DNA of 64,000 bases from Candidatus Altiarchaeota archaeon (lineage in GTDB: Archaea; Altiarchaeota; Altiarchaeia; IMC4; SCGC-AAA252-I15): the NCBI GenBank assembly GCA_043800705.1, contig JAZDMS010000010.1, forward strand, positions 147,327 through 211,326, in the 5' to 3' direction. The notes under the pieces were generated by a model. The model was not told the origin of the DNA, ran no database searches, and saw only the letters and a list, made by a program, of their open reading frames with translations. The position numbers and the translations under genes are program-made. Below, piece after piece: positions 28,855-38,738 of the stretch (within the stretch, counting starts at the first letter, position 1; each line of letters begins with the position of its first letter).

Positions 28855-30630
28855 TCAGCCTCTTCTCAACTGGTATGCGAGATATGCGACTGCGACGAAG
28901 ATTATCGCCCCCACCACTGCTACGGCGTATCCCGAATCGTCTTCTGCCCTCTTTCTGACCGCCTTATAGGTGGTTGTCGTGGATTCCGTCGTTGAAGTCG
29001 TGGTGGTCTCCACTATGGCGTCCTTTTCGCAGAGGCCAATCAGGCGTTCTGCGGACAAAGCAGCCTGCGGGTCGCCTATCGCCCTGTATTTCTCCACGGC
29101 CTTCCTCGCATATTCGAGGCACATGTCGCCCGTGCCGTTCACATACTGCGCCTCTGCAGAGCCTAAAAGGCCGTCAGCCTCCGCGCGGGCTCCTGCGTTT
29201 TTCTCGGCGTCTCGGATATAGTTTCCCATCCGTTCGTCAAGCTTCGCCGACCTCTCCAATCCGTCTGTGAAATTATGCCGCAGATAGGCTGCTCTCGCAT
29301 TCTTGAGGTGAGGTTCGGCCTGGGCATATTTGCCTTCCTGGGCGTATTTCTCGGCCTTTTTGAAGGCGTCGTCGGCCAATGCGATGTCGAGAGCCTTCAT
29401 CTCGAGGTATCTGGCGTCGGATGCGTTGGATTTCGCACTCATCCTGTCGTATGCCGTGTAGGCGCTTCGCGCATATTCTGCCGAGATGTTATACTCCTTG
29501 CCGGCAAAAGCTGCGAGCGCCTTGGCGTATGTGGCGTCGGCTTCCTTGCCGATGAAGAAGCCCATGTCGATGCTGACTGCCTGGATCCCGTCCCTCAATC
29601 CGACGATGATCATGGGGTTTGCGCCTTCCTCGGAGACTTTGACCGCTTGCGCACGTTCCCTCAGCCTGTATCTCAGCAGTTCCTTGCCTTCTTTGTCGAG
29701 GAAAAGCAGCATGTCGTCGCTTGCGACTACGAGATACCTATTCTTCTGGATCCCTACAGTGCCTAAATCGGCGGTTTTTTCGGCCTTTGCCGTCCAGATC
29801 TCGTTGCCGCCATTGTCGTAGGAACGCAGCATCCCGTTCGAGTATCCGATGTATTGGGGTATCCCGTCCCCCTTAAGGTCCGCGACGATCGTGTTCTCGT
29901 ATTTGTCGCCTGATGAAACATTCCACACGGCATATCCTCTGGCGTCGACCAGCGTCATCCCTCCGTAGCCTCCGGCAAGGAACGAATAATCCTTCACGGT
30001 TTTGTTCTTTAGCTCGGATGCGTTTCCAGCCGGGGGGACCGGCGTCACGTGCCATAGGCTGAATTCAGTCGTTATATTGAGGATTTCACTTCCGTTCTGG
30101 GCGAACACCCTGACAGTGTCGTCCATCGAGGAGGTTATTATCTCCTCTTTGCCGTCTCCGTCGACGTCCCTGAAGGAGATGGATGTCACCTGTCCTATTC
30201 CTCTCACCATCCACTCGAGGCGGGTGTATGTTCTCTTCAGATGCACGTCCGGCATCCTCTGAAACCTGTATAGGCGGTGGTCTGTGATGAGCCCCGCATT
30301 TATAACCGCGGATGTCACGATATCCGGGAAGCCGTTCCGGTCAATGTCGGACACGGCAGCGGTGTAGGTCTCCTCTTTCCCGCTCTCCTGGCCCCCCTCC
30401 CTGGATGCGACGGTCTCATAGAGCAGATTGCCTTCCAGGTCGTAGGCATACACCATCGTCCTCTCCCCGACGCTCACAGCATATGCTTCAGGGCCGCCCT
30501 CTCCGTCTACGTCAAGGACGTATATGCCCTGTACGCCCCCCTGTATGTGGTGGTACCAATCCTCGCTCACCTGTTCCTGGGCAATGGCCGCCTGGGACAG
30601 AAGGATTAGTGCGACAAGCGCCCATCTCAT
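28855..30630 (-). CDS. cell-surface protein: signal peptide, FG-GAP/VCBS-like beta-propeller, helical repeats, Thr-rich linker, C-terminal TM anchor
   Basis: DVDGEG, DIDRNG.PDIV, DVDGDGKEEII, DLKGDG motifs; TTTTSTTESTTTT; terminal TM plus RRG. Confidence 0.82.
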   Translation of the reverse strand: MRWALVALILLSQAAIAQEQVSEDWYHHIQGGVQGIYVLDVDGEGGPEAYAVSVGERTMVYAYDLEGNLLYETVASREGGQESGKEETYTAAVSDIDRNGFPDIVTSAVINAGLITDHRLYRFQRMPDVHLKRTYTRLEWMVRGIGQVTSISFRDVDGDGKEEIITSSMDDTVRVFAQNGSEILNITTEFSLWHVTPVPPAGNASELKNKTVKDYSFLAGGYGGMTLVDARGYAVWNVSSGDKYENTIVADLKGDGIPQYIGYSNGMLRSYDNGGNEIWTAKAEKTADLGTVGIQKNRYLVVASDDMLLFLDKEGKELLRYRLRERAQAVKVSEEGANPMIIVGLRDGIQAVSIDMGFFIGKEADATYAKALAAFAGKEYNISAEYARSAYTAYDRMSAKSNASDARYLEMKALDIALADDAFKKAEKYAQEGKYAQAEPHLKNARAAYLRHNFTDGLERSAKLDERMGNYIRDAEKNAGARAEADGLLGSAEAQYVNGTGDMCLEYARKAVEKYRAIGDPQAALSAERLIGLCEKDAIVETTTTSTTESTTTTYKAVRKRAEDDSGYAVAVVGAIIFVAVAYLAYQLRRG

Positions 30631-30716
30631 CGGATAACTAATCGCATGCCAACCTTTAATACTGTCCGGAGATTTACGGGGAAGACTAATAAGCGTGCGC
30701 GGACTATGAGGTATCT

Positions 30717-31094
30717 ATGACCACTTTTCAGGAGCTGGTCGGGCTGATGGCCCGCCTGAGGGGGCCGGACGGCTGCGCATGGGACAGGGAGCAGACCATA
30801 GGCGATTTCAAGGTCCACTTCAGGAATGAGTCGCAGGAGGTCCTCGACGCCCTGGAGCGCAAAGACTATGAAAACCTCAAGGAGGAGCTGGGAGACGTCC
30901 TCTGGCACGTCATATTCATCTCGGAAATCGCCAGGCAGGAGGGGCGGTTCTCGGTGGAGGACGTCATGGACGGCCTGAAGGAAAAGATGATGCGCAGGCA
31001 CCCCCACGTCTTCGGCGGAAAAAAACTGTCAACAAGCGGGGAAGTGATGCGGGAATACCGGAAGATCAAGGCGGCCGAGAAGCGAAAGCAGTGA
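30717..31094 (+). CDS. mazG: MazG-family nucleotide pyrophosphohydrolase (single domain)
   Basis: LRGPDGCAWDREQT, EELGDVL, KMMRRHPHVFG. Confidence 0.93.
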   Translation: MTTFQELVGLMARLRGPDGCAWDREQTIGDFKVHFRNESQEVLDALERKDYENLKEELGDVLWHVIFISEIARQEGRFSVEDVMDGLKEKMMRRHPHVFGGKKLSTSGEVMREYRKIKAAEKRKQ

Positions 31095-31184
31095 GAGGCT
31101 CGGGCGCAGAGCATCGCACAAGAGGCAGATATTTATATTCCCCTGCTGCGAGTATTATCTTGGGTGTTTTCATTGTCAGACGAC

Positions 31185-31547
31185 ATGGAATACGAATACC
31201 ATAATCTCGGAAACGACTACTACAAGCTCGGCGACTATAAGCGCGCCGTGGACCATTACACAAAGGCGATCATGCTGAAGCCCGACATGCTGGAGTCCTT
31301 CTTCAACCGCGGCCTCGCATACACGAGGATGCGAGAGTTCGAAAAGGCCGTGGAGGACCACACACAGGTGATCAAGCTGGACCCCGACCTTGTGGAGGCG
31401 TACTATACTCGCGGCCTCCTGTACGAGTACATGAAGCAGTACGATAACGCAGTCGGCGACTACAACCGGGTCATGTCCCTGAAGCCTGACTATGAGGAAG
31501 TGAAGGAGCAGCGGGACATCGCGTTGAGGAAGAAGCTCAGCGGCTGA
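31185..31547 (+). CDS. TPR-repeat protein
   Basis: Three canonical TPRs (YHNLGNDYYKLGDYKRAV, FFNRGLAY, YYTRGLLY). Confidence 0.92.
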   Translation: MEYEYHNLGNDYYKLGDYKRAVDHYTKAIMLKPDMLESFFNRGLAYTRMREFEKAVEDHTQVIKLDPDLVEAYYTRGLLYEYMKQYDNAVGDYNRVMSLKPDYEEVKEQRDIALRKKLSG

Positions 31548-31559
31548 CTTTTCGGGCCG

Positions 31560-32306
31560 TTATCCTATCTTGTGCGCGAATTTTACGGCGGCTACGAGCG
31601 CAATGAAACCGATGGCGAGGATCATAAGGTATGTCATCGGGCTTGTGCCTTTGGCCTTCTCCCTGTCCCCTAAGGTGGTCGTAGTCTGCGGATTGAGCGG
31701 CCTATAGCATGAGGGGAGGTTATCCGAGCACTGACAGAGTATCTTCGTCGACGAGTTTCCGAAGCACGAAATCACGCCGGCATTCTCCCCTGCGCAGTAC
31801 GACATGCAATGTTCCAGGCATCCTGCGCATACGGGGTGGTTTTCCGGGTTGCAGCAGTCCGGTTTTCCGTTGGCGTCCGCGTCGTATTCTACGCTGCAGA
31901 CGTATTCGGTCGCCCCGCAGATCCTGTTCTCGGGCAGCGTGTAGGTCGTTGCGGTGATCGGCCTGCCTGAAGAGCCGCTATCCGGATTTTTTCCTGGTTC
32001 GATCCTTTTTCTCTCCAGGCTTATGGGTATCGTTGTGGACGGGTACGTGGTGTTCCTGGCTTTCCTGTATCCAGCTCTTCCAAACTCCTCGGGGGGGATG
32101 CTTTCGATGCTCTCCTCCAAAGGTTCATCGGGTTGGTCGGAGGATATCGGGACCCCAAAGCTGCCTGGCGAATAGGAGTCGTCGGGGTAGACGGGCCCCT
32201 GCCCCAGGGTGTTTGTCGTAGTCGTGTATGGCTCCTCCTGGCCGCAGGCGGGGCAAACCATCGCGACAAGCACTGATAGCACGATTAAATACGCGTATTC
32301 ACTCAT
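31560..32306 (-). CDS. secreted Cys-rich protein with C-terminal TM anchor
   Basis: Signal peptide, about 12 Cys in the C-terminal half, TTTT linkers, terminal hydrophobic helix. Confidence 0.75.
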   Translation of the reverse strand: MSEYAYLIVLSVLVAMVCPACGQEEPYTTTTNTLGQGPVYPDDSYSPGSFGVPISSDQPDEPLEESIESIPPEEFGRAGYRKARNTTYPSTTIPISLERKRIEPGKNPDSGSSGRPITATTYTLPENRICGATEYVCSVEYDADANGKPDCCNPENHPVCAGCLEHCMSYCAGENAGVISCFGNSSTKILCQCSDNLPSCYRPLNPQTTTTLGDREKAKGTSPMTYLMILAIGFIALVAAVKFAHKIG

Positions 32307-32375
32307 AAGACACTCAATACTATTTGTCCAAGGGGATTAAAAACATCGAATCCCATTTTTGGCAAGAGGACAGGT

Positions 32376-33053
32376 ATGAGCAGGCTGGGCGGATTGGGCG
32401 GGGGCGTGAAGGATAGGGCGTTGCCGGGAGCCAGTTCGCTATCCCAGATGGGGATGGTCGCCGCCGCCATTCTGCTGATACTCGCGGTCATCGGGACGGC
32501 CATCATCGCCGCAGCAGTATACTCCATGCTCGCGTCGGGGGCCCTGTCGTCCTCGTCCCCCCCGGCTGTTTCGTCCACGACCGTTTCGTCCACGACCTCG
32601 ACGATCGCCTCCTTCACAACCACGTCGACCACGACCACTACGACCTCGTCGACCCTCGTCTCATCGACGACGACCTCTTCGACGACGACCTCGACCCTCT
32701 CGAAGGACACGATCGCATTCTGCATGCGCAGCAGGATGAACGAGATATTCGTCTACGGCAGCAGCCTTCCGTCCGTCAACCTCAAGAACTACCTGAGCGG
32801 TTACGCCGCGCTCTTCTCGTACACGGACTGCTCTACCGACGAGGACAAGAAGACGTGCACGGAGACGATGAGGGCATACGCAAATGACAGCAGCCTCTAT
32901 CTGCCTAACGGGAAATCCACGACCGTCATCCTCTATCCTGTAGTCATCCTCAGCAAGGACAACGCTGCCCACATAGTGCCGTCCGTGGGTGAATTTGAGA
33001 AACTAATGGATTGCGGAAGCCTGAAAAACAGCTTTAATTCTACTCGGCCATAA
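32376..33053 (+). CDS. membrane-anchored Thr/Ser-rich surface protein
   Basis: N-terminal TM, about 50-aa S/T tract, C-terminal domain with 4 Cys (possibly a degenerate thioredoxin fold). Confidence 0.75.
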   Translation: MSRLGGLGGGVKDRALPGASSLSQMGMVAAAILLILAVIGTAIIAAAVYSMLASGALSSSSPPAVSSTTVSSTTSTIASFTTTSTTTTTTSSTLVSSTTTSSTTTSTLSKDTIAFCMRSRMNEIFVYGSSLPSVNLKNYLSGYAALFSYTDCSTDEDKKTCTETMRAYANDSSLYLPNGKSTTVILYPVVILSKDNAAHIVPSVGEFEKLMDCGSLKNSFNSTRP

Positions 33054-33061
33054 TTCATCTC

Positions 33062-33859
33062 ATGCGCGTGATCTACGTCGCATTGGCGGCTGTTCTCATG
33101 TCGTCGCATTCCTTTGCGCAGACCTCTCCCTGGAGGGTCGTCGTCCTGGCAAACAGCGTTGATGGGGGATTGGCCCATGATTTCTACGGCTACCTGGAGG
33201 GGCGCGGAATCGAGGTCGTGAGGGTCGACGCCGGCGCATTCGACAAACTTAAGGACACCCCTTTTATCGTCGTCCTCGGGGGGCAGAACAGTCCGGAGGG
33301 CGTCGGCGCCATCGCCGGCGGCATTCTCGACGCGGAGCAGAAACGGTCCATTCTCAGCTCAGGTGCCAGGGGAGCCTTCGAGAGGGACGGCGCGTTCGCA
33401 AGCGGGCAGAAGGTCTTCCTTTTCGCAGGCTACGGGGCGCAAGACACGAAGGCTGCATGGCTGGATGGCATGGGGCGCGTCGCCGATTCGATTATAGGCG
33501 ATGCATGGGGCATCGGCGTAAGTGCGCCGCCCGCTGTCAGCATCGCGCCGAAGAGCAACACCCTCTCCTTCAGTTTCCCTATAAACGTTTCGAACTCCGG
33601 CAACTCCTCCGTGGCCGGCCTCGCCGTCGAAGCATACCTTAACGGGGGTATGCGCCTTGAAACGGAACCAGGAAGCATTGGCCTCGGCCCCGGCGACTCC
33701 ATGAAGGTGATGGTGCGGCTTAATCCGAAAAACGTCTCCGACTCCGACGTCGTCACGGTACGGGTCGGCGGCGCCAGCTCTTCGGTGAGGCTCAACGTCT
33801 CCGGATACGAGCGCATCGACAAGCCGTGCAACATATGCGCAGCGAGCGGTGTGCCATGA
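33062..33859 (+). CDS. secreted protein with S-layer-associated-type alpha/beta domain, Ig-like domain and C-terminal CxxC
   Basis: Signal peptide; VVVLANSVD and IVVLGGQNSPEGVG; INVSNSGN Ig-like motif; ends KPCNICAASGVP. Confidence 0.7.
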   Translation: MRVIYVALAAVLMSSHSFAQTSPWRVVVLANSVDGGLAHDFYGYLEGRGIEVVRVDAGAFDKLKDTPFIVVLGGQNSPEGVGAIAGGILDAEQKRSILSSGARGAFERDGAFASGQKVFLFAGYGAQDTKAAWLDGMGRVADSIIGDAWGIGVSAPPAVSIAPKSNTLSFSFPINVSNSGNSSVAGLAVEAYLNGGMRLETEPGSIGLGPGDSMKVMVRLNPKNVSDSDVVTVRVGGASSSVRLNVSGYERIDKPCNICAASGVP

Positions 33860-34653
33860 ACCTCTCCCTCTTCGCATCATTCGGGCTCATGGCCGCGCTG
33901 GTACTGAGCCTCGTCTTGGCAGCCGTATATCTCGCGCAGGAGGGTGCGGGAAGCGTCCAACCAGACAAGGGCCTGGCCAGTCCGAAAGACAAAGGATTGG
34001 CGGAGGCCTTCCTGGCTTTGTCAGGCATCCCTTCGACCTCGACGACCCTGGGTGCCAATAAACACATGTGGGTCGCGTATTCCCCAAAGAAGATCTATCG
34101 GGGAGGCGACGCCAGACTGAACGTGTTCTCAGACGGGCTGCCTCTGAAAGGAGCATCCATATACGTCGACGGCTCGTTCCTTTACCAGACATTGGATGAC
34201 GACTACCCCCTCATGGGCCTTGAAGGCGGCAGCCACGACGTCGTCGTTCAGCTTGACGGATACGGGAACGCCTCTGTGACGATCGTAGTCGATTCCAAGA
34301 CATACGCGGAATCGGAAGACCTCAAAGTCGGGCTGACGGATGCGCAGCGCAGGGGCAAATTATTGGCGGGGATGGCATACATCCGGCTCTATGAGGTCCC
34401 TGCATGCGTGAACTGCAAGATCATGGCAGACAGGATCGCCGCAATAGCCGACAAAAACCACGAATGCCTCGATTACGAACGCCTGGGTTACTGGGCCCAC
34501 ATAGACGAACTAGAGGGGGAATTCGAGCCCATGGACGCGCTGCCGAACATCATAATCGAGGGAAAAAACGGCAGAGCCAAACTCACAGGTCTTGTGGACT
34601 CTTCGGATCTGAAGGCCAAGATCCGGGAAGTGTCGGAATGCGACCTGGCATGA
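33856..34653 (+). CDS. membrane-anchored PEGA-like + thioredoxin-fold protein
   Basis: N-terminal TM, ASIYVDG...GSHDVVVQLDGY (PEGA-like), PACVNCK and ALPNIII (CxxC plus cis-Pro loop). Confidence 0.8.
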   Translation: MNLSLFASFGLMAALVLSLVLAAVYLAQEGAGSVQPDKGLASPKDKGLAEAFLALSGIPSTSTTLGANKHMWVAYSPKKIYRGGDARLNVFSDGLPLKGASIYVDGSFLYQTLDDDYPLMGLEGGSHDVVVQLDGYGNASVTIVVDSKTYAESEDLKVGLTDAQRRGKLLAGMAYIRLYEVPACVNCKIMADRIAAIADKNHECLDYERLGYWAHIDELEGEFEPMDALPNIIIEGKNGRAKLTGLVDSSDLKAKIREVSECDLA

Positions 34654-34706
34654 GCTGGGATTTATACTCCGGCGGCCTAATTTATTTGGCTCCCTTTAAA
34701 GATCAT

Positions 34707-35540
34707 ATGAATGTCCAGATGGTATTGTTGTTCGGGTTCATACTCTTCATGTTCGTGGCGATCGCAGTCCTGGTCGGGGGAATAATATACCTGGATTCGT
34801 CGAATCCCGGCGTATCTGTGTCGATGCCTCAAACGCAGACTTCCACGACCTCGTCATCCACGACCTCGACGTCGACGACGTCGTCGACGCAGGCGCCGCC
34901 TGAGGAGCCGACGACGACCACGGCGTCTACGACGACAACCCTCCAACTGAAGCCGCTTCTGGCCTCATTCTCTCCGAAGGATCCCTACAAGGGCGACGAC
35001 GTCATCGTGAACGCATCATCCTACGGCACACGGCTAGAAGGGCTCTCGGTCTACCTGGATGGAAGGCTCTACGGCGGATGCGACATCCAATGCGAGCTTC
35101 TGAGCATGGGGGGCGGAAGCCATACCGTTGTCTTGGCAAAGATGGGCTACGAGAACGCGACCCTGACGGTCGAGCTCGCCCCGACGACGTACGCCAACTC
35201 GCCGGCAGTCCGGACGAAACTGACGCCCGCCCAGCGGCAGGCGGCGATGAACGCGGGGAAGGCGAGCCTCAGGGTATACGACAGCCCGGGGTGCACCATC
35301 TGCGCCCAGGTGATGCCGATGATCAACAAGTTCGTGGACAACAACCGGGAGTGCGTCGCCTACGAGAAGCTGCACGCATACGACCACGTGAGCGACCCGG
35401 ACGTCAAGTCGTTCGGGGTCACCACGTTCCCGCTTATAGTGGTCGAAGGCTCGCGCGGAAAGTTCAAGGCCAACGGCTACGTCACGGCGGCGATGATCAA
35501 CAACCTGGTCGTCCAGGCTTCGGGGTGCGCCGCAGGATGA
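34707..35540 (+). CDS. membrane-anchored PEGA-like + thioredoxin-fold protein (paralog of 33856..34653)
   Basis: TM, Thr-rich linker, SVYLDG...GSHTVVLAKMGY, SPGCTICAQVMP, FGVTTFPLIVV. Confidence 0.82.
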   Translation: MNVQMVLLFGFILFMFVAIAVLVGGIIYLDSSNPGVSVSMPQTQTSTTSSSTTSTSTTSSTQAPPEEPTTTTASTTTTLQLKPLLASFSPKDPYKGDDVIVNASSYGTRLEGLSVYLDGRLYGGCDIQCELLSMGGGSHTVVLAKMGYENATLTVELAPTTYANSPAVRTKLTPAQRQAAMNAGKASLRVYDSPGCTICAQVMPMINKFVDNNRECVAYEKLHAYDHVSDPDVKSFGVTTFPLIVVEGSRGKFKANGYVTAAMINNLVVQASGCAAG

Positions 35541-36196
35541 ACCCGGAACTCATTATCACAAGCGTCATGTCCGGGCTCTTCGCAGCATTCAGCCCATGCA
35601 GCATCCCTGTCTATCCCGTGATACTGAACCTGATAGCGTCTGAAAAGAAGGACAGGCGGTCGTCAGCCATCGCATTCTGCATCGGCCTCAGCATCACCTT
35701 CACCGCCTTCTACATAGCGGTCGGCTTCAGCATCAAGATGCTCGGCGACTCGGCAGGCGACTTCCTCGGCAGGGTATACTTCGCAGCATACGCTTTGGCC
35801 GCACTATCCTGTTTCCTGTCCGTGATCCAGACGGTTTCTGAACTCCGGATTTTAAACTTTTCACTGGGGCCGAGATTCGGCGCCCGCGGGGGGCTTTTCG
35901 GCGCCGTGCTGACCGGCGCGCTGTTCGCCACAATAGTCAGCCCGTGCAACCTCGCGTTCATCATAACGGGCATCCTGCCCGTGGTCCTCGCACGTCCCAC
36001 GGTCGCGGAGGGCGTGGTCTACATGTTCGCCTTCAGCATGAGCCTTGGCGCTCCCATGATGGCGTTCGGCCTGCTGTCAGGGCATGCATTCGACTCCTGG
36101 CTGAAGCGGCACATGCGCGGCATCGAGCTGGCGTCCGCCGCATTCCTCGCAATAGCCGGCACATACCTCGCCTACATGGCCTGGCTCAACATCTGA
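35537..36196 (+). CDS. ccdA: CcdA/DsbD-type transmembrane thiol-disulfide electron transporter
   Basis: Six TM segments with FSPCSIPVYP and VSPCNLA motifs; ATGA overlap with the thioredoxin gene. Confidence 0.88.
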   Translation: MNPELIITSVMSGLFAAFSPCSIPVYPVILNLIASEKKDRRSSAIAFCIGLSITFTAFYIAVGFSIKMLGDSAGDFLGRVYFAAYALAALSCFLSVIQTVSELRILNFSLGPRFGARGGLFGAVLTGALFATIVSPCNLAFIITGILPVVLARPTVAEGVVYMFAFSMSLGAPMMAFGLLSGHAFDSWLKRHMRGIELASAAFLAIAGTYLAYMAWLNI

Positions 36197-36200
36197 AGAA

Positions 36201-37928
36201 ATGGCTATCTGGAAACTAGACGACCTATACGGAGACCTTGGCGAAAAGGCCATAAAGGAGCGGCTCAGACGGAAGTCTGACGCATTCAAGGCCGTCCGAA
36301 AAACCCTTGATTCCAAGCCGTCCGGCGGAGAATTCACTCGGATACTCGAAGACCTCGAGGAAATCGACGTATTGGCGGGGAGGGTTTCGGCCTACGCCAA
36401 CCTCCGGCTTTCAGAGGACACCGCGGATTCCGAAAGGACGGCGCATGAGGCAATGATATCGCAGCTCATCGCAGACGTCGGCAACGACACTATGTTTTTC
36501 GGCCTCTGGTTCCGGGACCTTGGCGACGCCGATGCGGAAAGATACCTGGCTGTCTCAGGCAAGCACCGCTACCCCCTGCAGCGGATCAGGGCGTTCAAAA
36601 AGCACACGCTTAAGGAATCCGAGGAGATGATAATCAACCTCAAGGACCTGACAGGCTCGGAATCCGCGGTCCGGCTTTACGACATGCTCACCGGCCGCTA
36701 CAGGTTCATGTTCGAGGGGAGGAAGCTGTCCTATGACGAGATAAGCCATTACAAGCTGAGCCCGAAGAGGGGGCAGAGGGTGGAAGCATACGGCGCGACG
36801 CTCCGCCAGTACGCGGCAGACGGCGCGATACTCGGGGAGATTTACCGCCCGGTCTTAAACGACTCGAGGAACGAGGACGTGAAACTTCGGCACTTTGACT
36901 CCCCCCTTGCAGCCGTGAACCTTGGCAACGACGTCCCGGACGCGGCAGTGGACAATCTCCTGGAATCGGTGCGCAAGAACAGGCGGCTCTTCCAGGGATA
37001 CTTCAGGCTGAAGGCGAAGGTCACAGGCATCCGGAGGATGGACAGATACGACCTCTACGTCCCCCACAGGGACAGGGAAAGGAGATACCCATACACTGAT
37101 TCGATGCGGACGACGCTCCAGGTCTTCCGCGGATTCAGCGAGGACGCATATCTTATGGCAAAGCGGGTCTTCGACGAAGGCCACGTCCACTCCGAACTCA
37201 CCCGGAACAAGCAGCCCGGCGCCTTCTGCCACACCGTGGTCAGGGGGATGACGCCGTACCTCATGCTAAACCACGTCGGGAAGACCGAGGACCTGTTCAC
37301 GATGGTCCATGAGACCGGCCACGCAGTCCACTCCATGGCAGCCGCAGGCCAGACGGAATCGACATACCGGCCCGCTCTGCCGCTTGCGGAGACGGCGTCG
37401 ATATTCGCGGAGATGCTGCTTACAGAGAAACTCCTCGCCGAAGCTGAAGATTCGGAGCGGGCCTCCATCATGGTCCGGTCCCTGGACAGGCAGTACGCCA
37501 CCATCATTCGGCAGGCGTATTTCGCGATCTTCGAGCGCACAGCGCACGGCCTTGTGGAAGGGGGCGCCTCCGTCGAGGGCCTGGATGCGGCGTACATGAA
37601 GAACCTCAGGGAACAGTTCGGGTCGTCGATGTCGGTCCCAGAGATCTTCAGGCACGAATGGAAGGGCATCCAGCACATCTTCTACAGCCCCTTCTATTGC
37701 TACACCTACGCCCTCGCCAACCTCGTCGTCCTCGCGCTCTACCGGCAGTATCGGACCGAAGGGGAGTCCTTCGTCCCAAAATACATGCGGATACTCTCGA
37801 TGGGCGGCTCGAAGAGCCCAAGAAGCATACTCGAGGAGGCGGGATTGGACATAACAAAGGACGGCTTCTGGCAGATGGGATTCGACGCTATACGGGAGGA
37901 ACTCATGCAGCTGAAGAGGATTATTTAA
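36201..37928 (+). CDS. pepF: oligoendopeptidase F (peptidase M3B)
   Basis: WKLDDLY, KQPGAFC, HETGHAVH (HExxH), AETASIFAE, HIFYSPFYCYTY. Confidence 0.92.
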   Translation: MAIWKLDDLYGDLGEKAIKERLRRKSDAFKAVRKTLDSKPSGGEFTRILEDLEEIDVLAGRVSAYANLRLSEDTADSERTAHEAMISQLIADVGNDTMFFGLWFRDLGDADAERYLAVSGKHRYPLQRIRAFKKHTLKESEEMIINLKDLTGSESAVRLYDMLTGRYRFMFEGRKLSYDEISHYKLSPKRGQRVEAYGATLRQYAADGAILGEIYRPVLNDSRNEDVKLRHFDSPLAAVNLGNDVPDAAVDNLLESVRKNRRLFQGYFRLKAKVTGIRRMDRYDLYVPHRDRERRYPYTDSMRTTLQVFRGFSEDAYLMAKRVFDEGHVHSELTRNKQPGAFCHTVVRGMTPYLMLNHVGKTEDLFTMVHETGHAVHSMAAAGQTESTYRPALPLAETASIFAEMLLTEKLLAEAEDSERASIMVRSLDRQYATIIRQAYFAIFERTAHGLVEGGASVEGLDAAYMKNLREQFGSSMSVPEIFRHEWKGIQHIFYSPFYCYTYALANLVVLALYRQYRTEGESFVPKYMRILSMGGSKSPRSILEEAGLDITKDGFWQMGFDAIREELMQLKRII

Positions 37929-37951
37929 ATCATCCAGCATTGTATTCTACC

Positions 37952-38503
37952 ATGCGTCTTATAATCATTTTGGCAGCCATCGCGCTTGTCTGCGGCTGCA
38001 CGTTTCTAGAGGAGAAAAGCCAGTACCAGTACGTCTGCCCCGGCGGGCAGGTGGTTGCGAACCCCAACGACTGCGTCGCGCCATCGACGAGCACCACAAC
38101 AACAGAATCCACGACCTCGACAACCTCGACTACAACAACCTCGACCGCATCATCCTCTTCCACGACAACTTCGACGAACGCCGCGGCCCCGTCCACCACT
38201 CTCCAGTGCCAGAGCCAGGACGTCGACGGATACCTCCTCGTCACCGACCACGAGGACCGCTGCTGGCGCGGCTACAGGTTCAGGCTCGACAACCAGAAAT
38301 GGGACTGCTCGATCCCCCGCGAAGGATGCCACCTCGGCATAATCGTCACGAGGCCGGGCGGGGAGGTAGCGCAGGTGACTGCCGCCCAGGGCGTAGACGG
38401 CAGGGTCTCGTTCGGAATCGACGGCTTCTTCGGGGAAGTCGCATGGACCCGGGACGACCTCTCCGGCAGGGAAGCCCTCTTCCTGGGAGTAATAAAATTC
38501 TGA
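37952..38503 (+). CDS. Thr-rich putative lipoprotein
   Basis: MRLIIILAAIALVCGC lipobox-like signal, YVCPGG..V..P..C motif, long Thr/Ser tract. Confidence 0.75.
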   Translation: MRLIIILAAIALVCGCTFLEEKSQYQYVCPGGQVVANPNDCVAPSTSTTTTESTTSTTSTTTTSTASSSSTTTSTNAAAPSTTLQCQSQDVDGYLLVTDHEDRCWRGYRFRLDNQKWDCSIPREGCHLGIIVTRPGGEVAQVTAAQGVDGRVSFGIDGFFGEVAWTRDDLSGREALFLGVIKF

Positions 38504-38722
38504 ACCTCCGTCGCCCTGTAGTCTTCGGTCCTCGGTCTTCCGTCCTATCGGAGGTCTTCGGTCTTCCGTCCTATTGGAGGTCTTCAGTCTTCCGTCTTCG
38601 GTCTTGTTGGAGGTCTTCGGTCTTCCGTCCTATTGGAGGTCTTCAGTCTTCCGTCTTCGGTCCTGCTGAAACTGAAAACTGAAGACAGCAGACTGAAGAC
38701 CGTGGACTGCAGACTCCGGATA
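38504..38722. repeat. heptamer (GTCTTCG/TTCGGTC) tandem repeat with a higher-order 59-bp duplication and an inverted arm
   Basis: GTCTTCGGTCTTCCGTCCTATTGGAG + GTCTTCAGTCTTCCGTCTTCGGTC... occurs twice, then reverse-complement units AACTGAA-AACTGAA-GACAGCA-GACTGAA-GACCGTG; lies between convergent genes. Confidence 0.88.
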
Positions 38723-38738
38723 TATACCGGCTGTAGAT

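Noticed and set aside
30717-31547. MazG + TPR as an anti-phage defence system
   Set aside because: A single-domain housekeeping-type MazG with no nuclease, toxin or other defence genes adjacent.
38521-38664. Possible CRISPR array (recurring GTCTTC...TTGGAG units)
   Set aside because: There are no unique spacers; it is a heptamer-derived tandem repeat, and no cas genes are in the window.
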